A stretch of DNA of 64,000 nt from a virus. Its lineage: Duplodnaviria > Caudoviricetes. Every line of letters starts with the position of its first letter. Positions within the stretch are counted from its first letter, which is position 1. A model generated the notes under the pieces. It was not told the DNA's origin. It searched no databases and was given only the letters and a program-made list of their open reading frames with translations. Shown here piece after piece: positions 19,632 through 28,277 of this stretch. Location: the IMG/VR virus record IMGVR_UViG_3300042870_001240. The stretch is one strand, 5' to 3'. Made by a program: the position numbers and the translations under genes.

Positions 19632-19916
19632 TTATTTTGTTTCTTGTTTTTTACAAAAAGGTTTACCATTTAAATTGAAAATAACATAATTGTCTTCAGT
19701 CGAACCACTTGTTAGTCCTAATTTACCAGAATTAAACCCTGAACAATCTCGTAAACTTTTTAATTTAGTTTCCGACATTTTTGTTACCGTTGTCGTAGTT
19801 GTTACCACGGGGCTTGTTGTTGCGGATGGTGGTGTTGCGGCAACTTGTTCATTAAGATATCTTTTTTCTAATATAAGATTAGCCTCTCGTATTTGTTTTG
19901 TTTTTCTATTAATCAT
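19632..19916 (-). CDS. Leader-family protein (..IREANLILEKRYLNEQ) with Thr-rich linker
   Basis: Leader similar to those of 34587 and 37467. Confidence 0.7.
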   Translation of the reverse strand: MINRKTKQIREANLILEKRYLNEQVAATPPSATTSPVVTTTTTVTKMSETKLKSLRDCSGFNSGKLGLTSGSTEDNYVIFNLNGKPFCKKQETK

Positions 19917-19940
19917 GTTGCAAATCTTTAGTAATAAATA

Positions 19941-20195
19941 TTACTGTTTTCTTCTTTTATAAACATAAGTAATAGTATCACCAATTTTATATATGTCATT
20001 TCTTCGTGTTTGTAAAACTTCACCACAATCGGTGTGATAAATATAAAACGGATTAACCTCAATTGTCGACCTTTCCATACGAACCTCAAGACTATCTATT
20101 ACACATTTCTTTACAATATCATTAGGTTCTATTTTATTATTGTTAACACAACCAATTATCGATAACAATACAGAGAATAAAATTAGTTTTTTCAT
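19941..20195 (-). CDS. Small lipoprotein
   Basis: Hydrophobic leader ending IIG-C. Confidence 0.65.
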   Translation of the reverse strand: MKKLILFSVLLSIIGCVNNNKIEPNDIVKKCVIDSLEVRMERSTIEVNPFYIYHTDCGEVLQTRRNDIYKIGDTITYVYKRRKQ

Positions 20196-20257
20196 GTTTT
20201 TTTGTAGTAATCTTAGTGGATTTATGATTATAAATCAACTATTTTATATTTATAACT

Positions 20258-21424
20258 ATGAAAGGAATAATTAAAAATATACTGAACGAAGCTCTTGGTG
20301 TACCTGAAGGTATTTTAGAATCTGCCGAAAGACTATATAAAATGTGTTTTAGTAGGATTAGTAAGATTACTGACCCTATTTTAAATGGTTCTGATGAAGA
20401 AGACTATAAATTCATTATTAGGTCTAAATTTAAAATTTCGGATTATACTTTTACTAAAATTAATTTAACCATAAACTTTGTTGAAACCGACCAAGTTGAT
20501 ACCGTTGAGCTTTATTCCATGGGGATTAATCATCAGTCTCAATTTAATGACCGTTTATTAAAACTAATCACGATTATGTCTCCAAACGAAGTTAGTATTT
20601 CAATTCAATTTGCTCTAACAGATACCGCAAAAATTTCAGACGTTATTGAGTTATGTAAACGTTCTAAAGATATTATGACAGCATCATTATCTCACGAATT
20701 AAAACACGCATACGACCATTATAAAAAACCTACACAATCTATAACACAAATTTCTAAGTATCAGGGACTCCAAAAAACAGGGTTTCAAATAAAACCAATT
20801 AGTGTTTTTTTATATTATCTTTACTTTGTCCACGGTGTTGAAAATTTAGTTAGACCTACCGAACTTTCATCATTAATGAAATCTAATAAAATCGGTAAAA
20901 AGGATTTTTACGATTTTTTAACCAATAGTAAAATGTATACTATGATGAAAAACATTAATAATTTTACTTATGAAGGACTAAAGTCGGAGTTAAAAGATTA
21001 TATACCTCAAATAGACGAAATACTTGACAGAGTTAATGAAAAAACATTTAACACTGATGAAGAAAAAATTGATGAAATTTTAAGACTTGTTTATGTTAAC
21101 CTTATTAATAATACTCTTAACACCACTAAATCAATAATGGTAAATAACTTTACTGAGTCTATGTTAGGATTTGCGGGGGAAAAAGACGAACTTTTTAGAA
21201 AAATTGTTAAATCTGTTTTAAAATTTGAAGATAATGAAAAAAAGTTCTACCTTTTCGAGGAAAAGAAATTCAAACATATATCAGGAATTATGATGAAAAA
21301 ATTATCCAAACTTTATTCGATGGCAAAAGATGAAAAATCTTCAATTAAAAATTGGGATTTACACCATAAAATTAATCGAACAAATGAGAATATACAATCG
21401 GAATATAAATTTAAGAGAAAATAG
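20258..21424 (+). CDS. HExxH protein with ILNE leader; paralog of 3744-4781
   Basis: SHELKH followed by YF..VE; TATTTAT at 20247. Confidence 0.75.
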   Translation: MKGIIKNILNEALGVPEGILESAERLYKMCFSRISKITDPILNGSDEEDYKFIIRSKFKISDYTFTKINLTINFVETDQVDTVELYSMGINHQSQFNDRLLKLITIMSPNEVSISIQFALTDTAKISDVIELCKRSKDIMTASLSHELKHAYDHYKKPTQSITQISKYQGLQKTGFQIKPISVFLYYLYFVHGVENLVRPTELSSLMKSNKIGKKDFYDFLTNSKMYTMMKNINNFTYEGLKSELKDYIPQIDEILDRVNEKTFNTDEEKIDEILRLVYVNLINNTLNTTKSIMVNNFTESMLGFAGEKDELFRKIVKSVLKFEDNEKKFYLFEEKKFKHISGIMMKKLSKLYSMAKDEKSSIKNWDLHHKINRTNENIQSEYKFKRK

Positions 21425-21495
21425 AGATAAGTTTAAACTCACTTATCATATTTTAGATTAATCGTATTTTATGAATACATTTATATTTATTAGTT

Positions 21496-22284
21496 ATGGA
21501 ACCAAATAGACTACTTTTATTATCAAAAAAATTACACCCATCGTTAAGAACCAAGACTCCATCGGTCATCAGCCAATTAATTTTAAAGGACATTCATTAC
21601 GAACCAATTAGAAATCTTTTAACAGGTAAAGAAATAATCATTTTATCGTTTTTAATTAATGGTCTGAATAGAACTGAGGACATTAATAGTTTGTATGAAC
21701 AAATTGTAAGCGGTATGTTTGTTTTTTCAATCCTTGAGGTTGATGATGTGGAACCTGAATACAATTGTGAAAATTGTGGGGGAGATGGGGATGTCATGTG
21801 TAATAACTGTGATGGTACTGGTGATGTTGATTGTTCAGATTGTGATGGGGACGGAGAAATTTATTCAAGCGATGATGATGGTGGAGGTACCTGTAATACG
21901 TGTCAAGGAGGTGGTAATGTCGTGTGTGACGAATGTAATGGTTCTGGTCGTGAGACTTGTTCAGAATGTTATGGTTCAGGTGCCACTTCCAAATACGGTT
22001 ATGTGACAATAACTCAAGATTTCTATGTAAGTTATGACCCTAAAATATATTCTTTATTAGAAACAAAAGATGAAGAAAGTGAAATGGATTCTGAGATTGA
22101 CCATAAAATTACAAAATCGTCAAGAACATTTATTTTTGATAGATTAGAGGGTGATACCGATAAGTTACCTAGCGAAGCATCAAATGAAGATAGAATTTTT
22201 GTTGGAATAGATAAAGGTGATGTTGAGTTTGGAAAGGGGTCGGATAAATTAATTGATTATAATAGTTTAGAACAATACATATAA
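21496..22284 (+). CDS. Protein with six DnaJ-type CxxCxGxG zinc-finger repeats and no J-domain
   Basis: CENCGGDG, CNNCDGTG, CSDCDGDG, CNTCQGGG, CDECNGSG, CSECYGSG; no HPD motif. Confidence 0.8.
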   Translation: MEPNRLLLLSKKLHPSLRTKTPSVISQLILKDIHYEPIRNLLTGKEIIILSFLINGLNRTEDINSLYEQIVSGMFVFSILEVDDVEPEYNCENCGGDGDVMCNNCDGTGDVDCSDCDGDGEIYSSDDDGGGTCNTCQGGGNVVCDECNGSGRETCSECYGSGATSKYGYVTITQDFYVSYDPKIYSLLETKDEESEMDSEIDHKITKSSRTFIFDRLEGDTDKLPSEASNEDRIFVGIDKGDVEFGKGSDKLIDYNSLEQYI

Positions 22285-22311
22285 GACCAATAATTTCACT
22301 ATATTTGTCAA

Positions 22312-22659
22312 ATGGAACCCATTAAAGACAACGGAGTTAAATTATTGAAAAAGTTCACCTTAAAAAAAGAATACCCATTTGACAATGGGTATGTAAAAGG
22401 TTTTTATGTAATCACCTCAATAAAAAAAACACCATGTCGATGGTTTGGTTTTGAGTTCTTCGTTAAGATAGATGTGATTAATTGTGAATACTTTACATCA
22501 GGAAATTATTGGCACAAACCTGACCCTAAAACATTTAAGAAAAATAAAATTAGGGTTAATCGAATGTTAAAACCGACCATTGGTCAATACCTCGGAACTC
22601 AATTTAAATTTTTTAGTGAAGACTACAGGGTAACTGTATTATCCGTTAAATGGAAATAA
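22312..22659 (+). CDS. Hypothetical protein
   Basis: TATATTTG promoter at 22300-22307. Confidence 0.7.
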   Translation: MEPIKDNGVKLLKKFTLKKEYPFDNGYVKGFYVITSIKKTPCRWFGFEFFVKIDVINCEYFTSGNYWHKPDPKTFKKNKIRVNRMLKPTIGQYLGTQFKFFSEDYRVTVLSVKWK

Positions 22660-23160
22660 TTATTTTTTTTCTTTAATGTCGATATAGTCGTTAACCTCAA
22701 GAGTACATAAAGTTTTTGGGATTGATACTAAACTAACATCATAGGTGTAAAATAGTTGATATTCTTCAGGTAATGCTTGATATAGAGTCTTAAATAAATT
22801 TTTAAGTTGTCTTCCATGGTTATACCCCTTTTCGAAGTGTTCATCCTGACCACTTTTATTACCCCACGAATAGTCAGAACCAAGATACGAGAATAATGAC
22901 GAGGTTTTAGGTAACACCATTTCAGGTCGTTCAGCATAAAAAGGTCTGATTGGTTCATTATAGTATTTTGAAACAAGATTCCAATCAACATATAAATCAA
23001 TGTAAAGATGAGCATCGTATTTTTGCCAATCAGGAAATAATTCCCACCAAAGTATAAACGGATATTTTTTTGCGGCGGATTTTACGACAAGGTCAATTCC
23101 TCGTCTTTGTTTTTCTGTTAAGTTTTTATCTCTTGATGTTAAAAATTTATTGTCACTCAT
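22660..23160 (-). CDS. Hypothetical protein
   Basis: TATTTAT upstream. Confidence 0.7.
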   Translation of the reverse strand: MSDNKFLTSRDKNLTEKQRRGIDLVVKSAAKKYPFILWWELFPDWQKYDAHLYIDLYVDWNLVSKYYNEPIRPFYAERPEMVLPKTSSLFSYLGSDYSWGNKSGQDEHFEKGYNHGRQLKNLFKTLYQALPEEYQLFYTYDVSLVSIPKTLCTLEVNDYIDIKEKK

Positions 23161-23250
23161 ATATTAATAAATATACGTAAACATAGAGTTGGTTTCAATC
23201 CATAAGATAAATTGTTAGTAAAAAAATCCCTCTTTGTTAGAGGGGGTTAA

Positions 23251-23436
23251 TTAACTTAACATTGCACGAATCGTATTCATTATTTGAATTTGTTTCGTTT
23301 GGAGTTGTTTGATTCTTGAGGTTTGGCTATCGTTCATTTCAATGTTCTCACCTTTAATTTCAGAAACTTGGTTTCCAAGTTTAGTGTGTTCATTTAATAA
23401 TTTTCCGTATTGGTCTGCTTTCTGTTGGTTGTTCAT
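23251..23436 (-). CDS. Small coiled-coil protein
   Basis: ORF followed by a terminator hairpin at about 23222-23247. Confidence 0.65.
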   Translation of the reverse strand: MNNQQKADQYGKLLNEHTKLGNQVSEIKGENIEMNDSQTSRIKQLQTKQIQIMNTIRAMLS

Positions 23437-23601
23437 AGTCTAATAATAACATAGTTTATTTAATATTAAATACCATAATTAATAATTTATATAACTCCAC
23501 CGAAAAACCCACAAATCTTTAGTTTGTGGGATGTAAAGTGGTTTTAGTTAGTTGACTTTTAAAACATTATAGTCCATAATTTAATTATGGAACTACCTAA
23601 T

Positions 23602-24045
23602 TTAGTATGAAACAAATCCATTTGCAATGTTATTGAATAAACTAAGTGCGTTTTTTTCATTTCCAATAAATTTTTCACGTTTCTGTACCGATTTAGGTGT
23701 GTAAAGAACACTGTAAAATAACACTCCTTGAGATTTATAAATCTCAAATTCTCCATATTCTAACTTTTTACCGTCCTTATAAAACTCCCAAGATAAAGGT
23801 TTTTTAATATCAAAACCACCTAAGTTTGTAATTCGAGCGTTAGGTGGAAGTTTAACAACAACTGATGATGAAATCGAATTGGGTTGTTTCCATATACCAT
23901 TTTTTCCTTTTGGATTCATATAGGATAAAAACATATCCAATGATTTTATTTCTTCAGGTGTTAATTTAGTATCAGATTGTTCCTCGATAACTCTTTTAAT
24001 GATGCGGGTTAAATCGTTTTCAGTTAGTCTTACTACTTTTTTCAT
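23602..24045 (-). CDS. Leader-family protein (MKKVVRLTENDL) located inside the IS remnant
   Basis: RLTE.DL leader; TATTTAT upstream. Confidence 0.75.
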   Translation of the reverse strand: MKKVVRLTENDLTRIIKRVIEEQSDTKLTPEEIKSLDMFLSYMNPKGKNGIWKQPNSISSSVVVKLPPNARITNLGGFDIKKPLSWEFYKDGKKLEYGEFEIYKSQGVLFYSVLYTPKSVQKREKFIGNEKNALSLFNNIANGFVSY

Positions 24046-24106
24046 AATTATATTTTTAATATAAATATCTATCAAAAAAAAAAACGATTTTTCTGAAAAA
24101 ATATTT

Positions 24107-24262
24107 TTAACCTTGATTTAAAATATATTCTCTAATTGTTTCTGGTGATGCTTCACCAATTGAACAAACAAAATAACCATCAGACCAAAAAGTTTTTTCT
24201 AACCAAAATTCTTGACTTAAAACATCCTTAAACAAGGAATAAACATATTGTCTGGTTATGGA
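24107..24262 (-). pseudogene. tnpA: 5'-truncated IS200/IS605 Y1 transposase
   Basis: Translates as ..TRQYVYSLFKDVLSQEFWLEKTFWSDGYFVCSIGEASPETIREYILNQG*, with the catalytic Y-x3-Q; HUH part missing. Confidence 0.88.
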
Positions 24263-24265
24263 ATA

Positions 24266-24360
24266 GAATCGGACATTAAACAAAAACAGGAGGAGGCGTT
24301 GCCATTAGGTAAGTCTGTGATTTCTGAAGCCCAACCATCTTTAGTGGTTGGGTAGTTCAC
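24266..24360 (+). ncRNA. tnpB 3' end / omegaRNA-like scaffold remnant at the IS right end
   Basis: ..AAACAAAAACAGGAGGAGGCGTTGCCATTAGGTAAGTCTGTGATTTCTGAAGCCC..GTTCAC resembles tnpB tails that overlap the reRNA. Expression is unknown. Confidence 0.5.
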
Positions 24361-25031
24361 GGTAACATGGAATAATAATCATTTTCAAATTGAGGGACTA
24401 ATAATACTTTACCTGAAGATTTTATACCCAATCTGTCGGCCCATTCATACAATTCTTTATTTGGTCTATCACCCATTCCAGATATATGATAAGTTGACAT
24501 CCCCCATCTATAAATCATGGTAGGTTTTCTATTGGCGTCAAATATCTTTGCGTTATTCTTGAAGGTTATGTCAAAGTCTTCACCCCAACTTTTATCAGGG
24601 AATGTGATTCTATTTAAATATGATTTGGTATACACATTACCATTATTAACCATCCCACTAATTTTAACATACTTATTATTTTCAAAGTAATAGTGGTTAT
24701 TACTACGATATATTTCATAACCAGGTCGAGATTTAATATCGTCCTCTGTTAATTTTAATGCGTTTGGAGCCAATAAGTCATCATCGTCTAATCTATAAAT
24801 GTAATCAAAATTACACTGACTAAATCCCCATCTTAACTTTTCAGAGATTGATGAGAACCTTTCAGAACAATTATAAATTTTAATTTGTGGGTGGTTAAAT
24901 ACATATTCGACATCAGGATAGTCATTAATAATTACCATTTCGGATGTCGGGTTGTTTTGTAATAAAAAAGACTGTATTGATTCCTCCAATAGAGGTTGTC
25001 TCTGATAGGTGAGAGTTAGTACTGAAATCAT
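24357..25031 (-). CDS. Glycosyltransferase family 2
   Basis: ISVLTLTYQR..L..SI.S, MVIIND, RLDDDD; the stop codon is supplied by the IS right end. Confidence 0.85.
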   Translation of the reverse strand: MISVLTLTYQRQPLLEESIQSFLLQNNPTSEMVIINDYPDVEYVFNHPQIKIYNCSERFSSISEKLRWGFSQCNFDYIYRLDDDDLLAPNALKLTEDDIKSRPGYEIYRSNNHYYFENNKYVKISGMVNNGNVYTKSYLNRITFPDKSWGEDFDITFKNNAKIFDANRKPTMIYRWGMSTYHISGMGDRPNKELYEWADRLGIKSSGKVLLVPQFENDYYSMLP

Positions 25032-25071
25032 AAGGAAAAGATAAATTATTGATGAGTTATGTAAACCATGA

Positions 25072-25401
25072 TTACAAATCAATAATTACTAATTGTTTAA
25101 ACTGAAAATCCCATTTAGAACCATATTCTTCAACCTCAAGACCAAACATTGAATCAACATTTCTTCTAATTGGTTTTGATATTTCCTTTAATTGATGGGT
25201 TTTATATAACCCCACCGAATTGTTCAATACAATATTAATAATCGTACGACTAATCGTCCTATCATCATCATTGTCAAAATCCCCTGACGCCAAAAAAACC
25301 TTTGTTTCGGTAAAGTAAACTTTCTCCACCTCAGGATAGTTCTTGAGTATATAGGACTCTATAGTTTCGGTTAATTTATTTTCTGTTATTATATATTTCA
25401 T
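25072..25401 (-). CDS. MKYIITE leader-family protein
   Basis: Leader motif; 5' DNA shared with 25414-25752. Confidence 0.75.
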   Translation of the reverse strand: MKYIITENKLTETIESYILKNYPEVEKVYFTETKVFLASGDFDNDDDRTISRTIINIVLNNSVGLYKTHQLKEISKPIRRNVDSMFGLEVEEYGSKWDFQFKQLVIIDL

Positions 25402-25413
25402 TTCTTTTTTAAA

Positions 25414-25752
25414 TTATAGGTCTGTTAAAACCCAAGTTCTTTTACCATATACATTAACCCTAGGTGTTAGGTCGTTTAAATTATAGGTCTCTCCCAACCA
25501 TTGTTTTATAATATCCTCTATTTGTTTAGATTCCAACCCAAAAATGGATTTTAAAAACGACCAAATTTCATCGTTATTTATATAAACATCCCTATTTTTA
25601 TCATCATGATAATAGTAAAATAATATTAGTTTATTTTCATTAATATAAAATGTTTTACCATTTCTAACTATTGGTTTTAAATCACCAAACTTATCGTTAA
25701 ACCATTTCATGATTATCTGATTTATTCTATTTTCTGTTATTATATATTTCAT
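25414..25752 (-). CDS. MKYIITE leader-family protein
   Basis: Leader motif. Confidence 0.75.
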   Translation of the reverse strand: MKYIITENRINQIIMKWFNDKFGDLKPIVRNGKTFYINENKLILFYYYHDDKNRDVYINNDEIWSFLKSIFGLESKQIEDIIKQWLGETYNLNDLTPRVNVYGKRTWVLTDL

Positions 25753-25774
25753 TTCTTTAAATTAGTCAAAAATA

Positions 25775-26401
25775 TTAAGGATAGACTTTTAAGGCAAAAT
25801 CATACCCAAACCCTAAAAGTGTTTTTAGTTCGTATAGTCGTTTAATAACTTTATCTTTATAAGACGGTTCATCCTCACTATACCACCATTTACGTATATC
25901 TTTGTTTGAGAATAAGTCTTCGACATTAATATATACTTCAGCACCATTTTTGGTCATCGGTTCTATATACTTAATTTTTAATCCAGGATAAATGTCAGAA
26001 AAATCGTAAAATGGTTCACCTGTTAATTTATTAGTTTTATTTAATACCTTGGCAAATAATTTAAAATCATCGGTTAAATTTTTTTTATATACGTTAATAG
26101 GTTCGATAGTTTCAGATATTTCTTGTCCACCACACCTTTCTTCCCAATAACCTGTTATGTGATGAAACAAACCATTAAATAAAAATTCGGCAATTTCAGG
26201 ATAAGGTAAATCTTTTAAATCATAACATTCTTGATAATAATAATATAGTTCATCTGAAACACCCTCAAGGAAATGATTAGAGTTCTCGTAATCACAGGGA
26301 TACATACTTTCCATAAGATTGTCGACCACATGTTCAATAGCATCAGAACGTCTCCTTACGGACAATGAATGATATTGTGATTCTGTAATAAAGTATTTCA
26401 T
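25775..26401 (-). CDS. MKYFITE leader-family protein (two modules, internal ISE site)
   Basis: Start moved to MKYFITE. Confidence 0.75.
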   Translation of the reverse strand: MKYFITESQYHSLSVRRRSDAIEHVVDNLMESMYPCDYENSNHFLEGVSDELYYYYQECYDLKDLPYPEIAEFLFNGLFHHITGYWEERCGGQEISETIEPINVYKKNLTDDFKLFAKVLNKTNKLTGEPFYDFSDIYPGLKIKYIEPMTKNGAEVYINVEDLFSNKDIRKWWYSEDEPSYKDKVIKRLYELKTLLGFGYDFALKVYP

Positions 26402-26402
26402 A

Positions 26403-26996
26403 TTAAAATCCGTATCTTTGTTTTCTATCGACAGTGTCAACAATATCAAGATAGAAATCTTCTATCTCTCTATCACCTGATTCAATTTTGTTAATCACCT
26501 CATCTCTACGATACGCGGTATTTTTAACAATAAAATCCACCATCTCATCTTTAGTAATCCCCTCAGGTAATGTGGATTCTTTAGAACAAGCCACTTTTTT
26601 ATCATCAGTATCAACATCATCAATACCAAGTTCAGGTTCGCCCATTTTTCTAGCAAATTCTGTGGAGTATTTTTCCTCAAACCAATCAGAAATAACGTGT
26701 AAAACGTATGATTTCCTTACTCTAAACAAGGTCATAATATCTTTAACCAATTCTTCGTCAACCGACAAATGCCCGTTATAAAATTCACCATCTTCAAAGT
26801 AATAATAAGACCCCATTACCTCAATACCGTTTTTACACCAATCTTGTCTAAGATTACCATAATTACGTGATTTTGGGGTAGATATATATGTCACCCCCTT
26901 CATGTAGTTATCTAAGAACTTAATGATTAATGATTCAATGTTGGGGTTACCTTTAACAACTCTCTGATATTGGTCTTCAGTAATAAGATATTTCAT
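26403..26996 (-). CDS. MKYLITE leader-family protein
   Basis: Leader plus TATTTAT. Confidence 0.75.
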   Translation of the reverse strand: MKYLITEDQYQRVVKGNPNIESLIIKFLDNYMKGVTYISTPKSRNYGNLRQDWCKNGIEVMGSYYYFEDGEFYNGHLSVDEELVKDIMTLFRVRKSYVLHVISDWFEEKYSTEFARKMGEPELGIDDVDTDDKKVACSKESTLPEGITKDEMVDFIVKNTAYRRDEVINKIESGDREIEDFYLDIVDTVDRKQRYGF

Positions 26997-27020
26997 AATA
27001 ATAAATACTTGAAAATAAGT

Positions 27021-27368
27021 TTAAAAATACATTGAAATTAAGTCATTCATCGATAATCCTAATTGACCAACACCAAGTTCAGACATTACTTCGGTCTCGT
27101 CAACAATCCTATTGTTTTTATCCTTAACAAACCATTCTCTATCTTTCCCTCTATCTTGGGTCAGATACATATTGTTCTTTGTTTTAATTGTAAACATGGG
27201 GCCATATTTATTAAGATATCCGTTCAAATTAGTTGGATGTATTACTCCAGATAACTCCATAGGTAATTCCCACTTATTGGTTACAATATTTATCCTGTCG
27301 GTTAAATCAACACCAAGTTTATTTTTAATAAAACTTATTAACTGTGATTCTTTAATTAATATTTTCAT
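27021..27368 (-). CDS. MKILIKE leader-family protein
   Basis: Leader motif. Confidence 0.7.
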   Translation of the reverse strand: MKILIKESQLISFIKNKLGVDLTDRINIVTNKWELPMELSGVIHPTNLNGYLNKYGPMFTIKTKNNMYLTQDRGKDREWFVKDKNNRIVDETEVMSELGVGQLGLSMNDLISMYF

Positions 27369-27369
27369 C

Positions 27370-27675
27370 TTATGCGGTAAATTCTACGGTAACACCAAAT
27401 TTATCTGAGAACCAATCTGAAATGAATTCATCTGCCTCGGAATTCTCGGCACCAAATAAAGACATAAAATTGTCTCTAATGTCGGAGTTAATGAATAATC
27501 TCCCATCACTATAATCATACTCAAAAAAAGGTTCTAAATTTTCAAAGTCATAATCATTACTGGTATTATATATTAAAATATACGTATCATGTCGTGTAAT
27601 ATTACTGGTGATATAACTGTTAAGAAAATTGGTTTTTAACTCGTGTATTCTATTTTCAGTGATGATGTAGTTCAT
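27370..27675 (-). CDS. MNYIITE leader-family protein
   Basis: Leader plus TATTTAT. Confidence 0.75.
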   Translation of the reverse strand: MNYIITENRIHELKTNFLNSYITSNITRHDTYILIYNTSNDYDFENLEPFFEYDYSDGRLFINSDIRDNFMSLFGAENSEADEFISDWFSDKFGVTVEFTA

Positions 27676-27705
27676 ATCATATAAATACCCCGTAATAAAA
27701 TATAG

Positions 27706-28047
27706 TTACTCCCATATCTTAAAAAATTCCTCACGAGAATGAGGGTCCCTTCTTGGGGGGACAATAATATCAACAACATTAATCGTTACATTATCGTTAT
27801 CAGGAAAGGACATACTATATAAACTTCCAATAAGGGACTCATATTTTTTTAGATTAATCATACAACGAGTGTCATAATCGTTGAATTTATCGTTAAGTAA
27901 CACCCTTAAATTCACGATGAACTTAAATTTCCTATCAAAACTTAGTTGGTTAATAACAGGAAATTCTTCGTGGTCAATAACATGTATATCCATTATTTCA
28001 GGATTGGTTTTTTCCAATACTTTTAATAGATGTTGGGGAAATTTCAT
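27706..28047 (-). CDS. Hypothetical protein
   Basis: Likely start MKFPQ, just after the stop of the upstream small ORF. Confidence 0.65.
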   Translation of the reverse strand: MKFPQHLLKVLEKTNPEIMDIHVIDHEEFPVINQLSFDRKFKFIVNLRVLLNDKFNDYDTRCMINLKKYESLIGSLYSMSFPDNDNVTINVVDIIVPPRRDPHSREEFFKIWE

Positions 28048-28051
28048 ACTG

Positions 28052-28195
28052 TTAACTTTTAACATACGGTTTTTTTGCCGAATATTTATTTTGTTTGATA
28101 TTCATTTTTCTCATACCCGAACCAACAACGTGCATCATGGGATTACAAGAAACTAAAATGAATGAAATAAGGGTTAGTAATATGAATTTTTTCAT
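28052..28195 (-). CDS. Small lipoprotein (47 aa; not in the ORF track)
   Basis: MKKFILLTLISFILVS-CNP...; TATCTTTG promoter at 28200-28207. Confidence 0.65.
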   Translation of the reverse strand: MKKFILLTLISFILVSCNPMMHVVGSGMRKMNIKQNKYSAKKPYVKS

Positions 28196-28277
28196 AGAAC
28201 AAAGATAGGAAAAGTTTTTGAAACAAAAAACCCCACTCTTTTAAAATGGGGTTTTTAAGTAATTTTATGTTGTTTTA

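Larger units (their letters stand above)
23491..24360 (+). mobile_element. Non-autonomous IS200/IS605-derived element carrying a cargo gene
   Basis: Left-end hairpin CCCACAAA-TCTTTAG-TTTGTGGG (23508-23530) after TTTAT; right-end hairpin CCCAACCA-TCTTTAG-TGGTTGGG-TAGTTCAC ending at 24360; tnpA remnant inside; no target duplication. Confidence 0.85.

Noticed and set aside
21496-22284. dnaJ
   Set aside because: Zinc-finger repeats only; no HPD J-domain or G/F region.
23559-23756. ORF 23559-23756(-)
   Set aside because: It is an alternative frame overlapping the better-supported leader-family gene.
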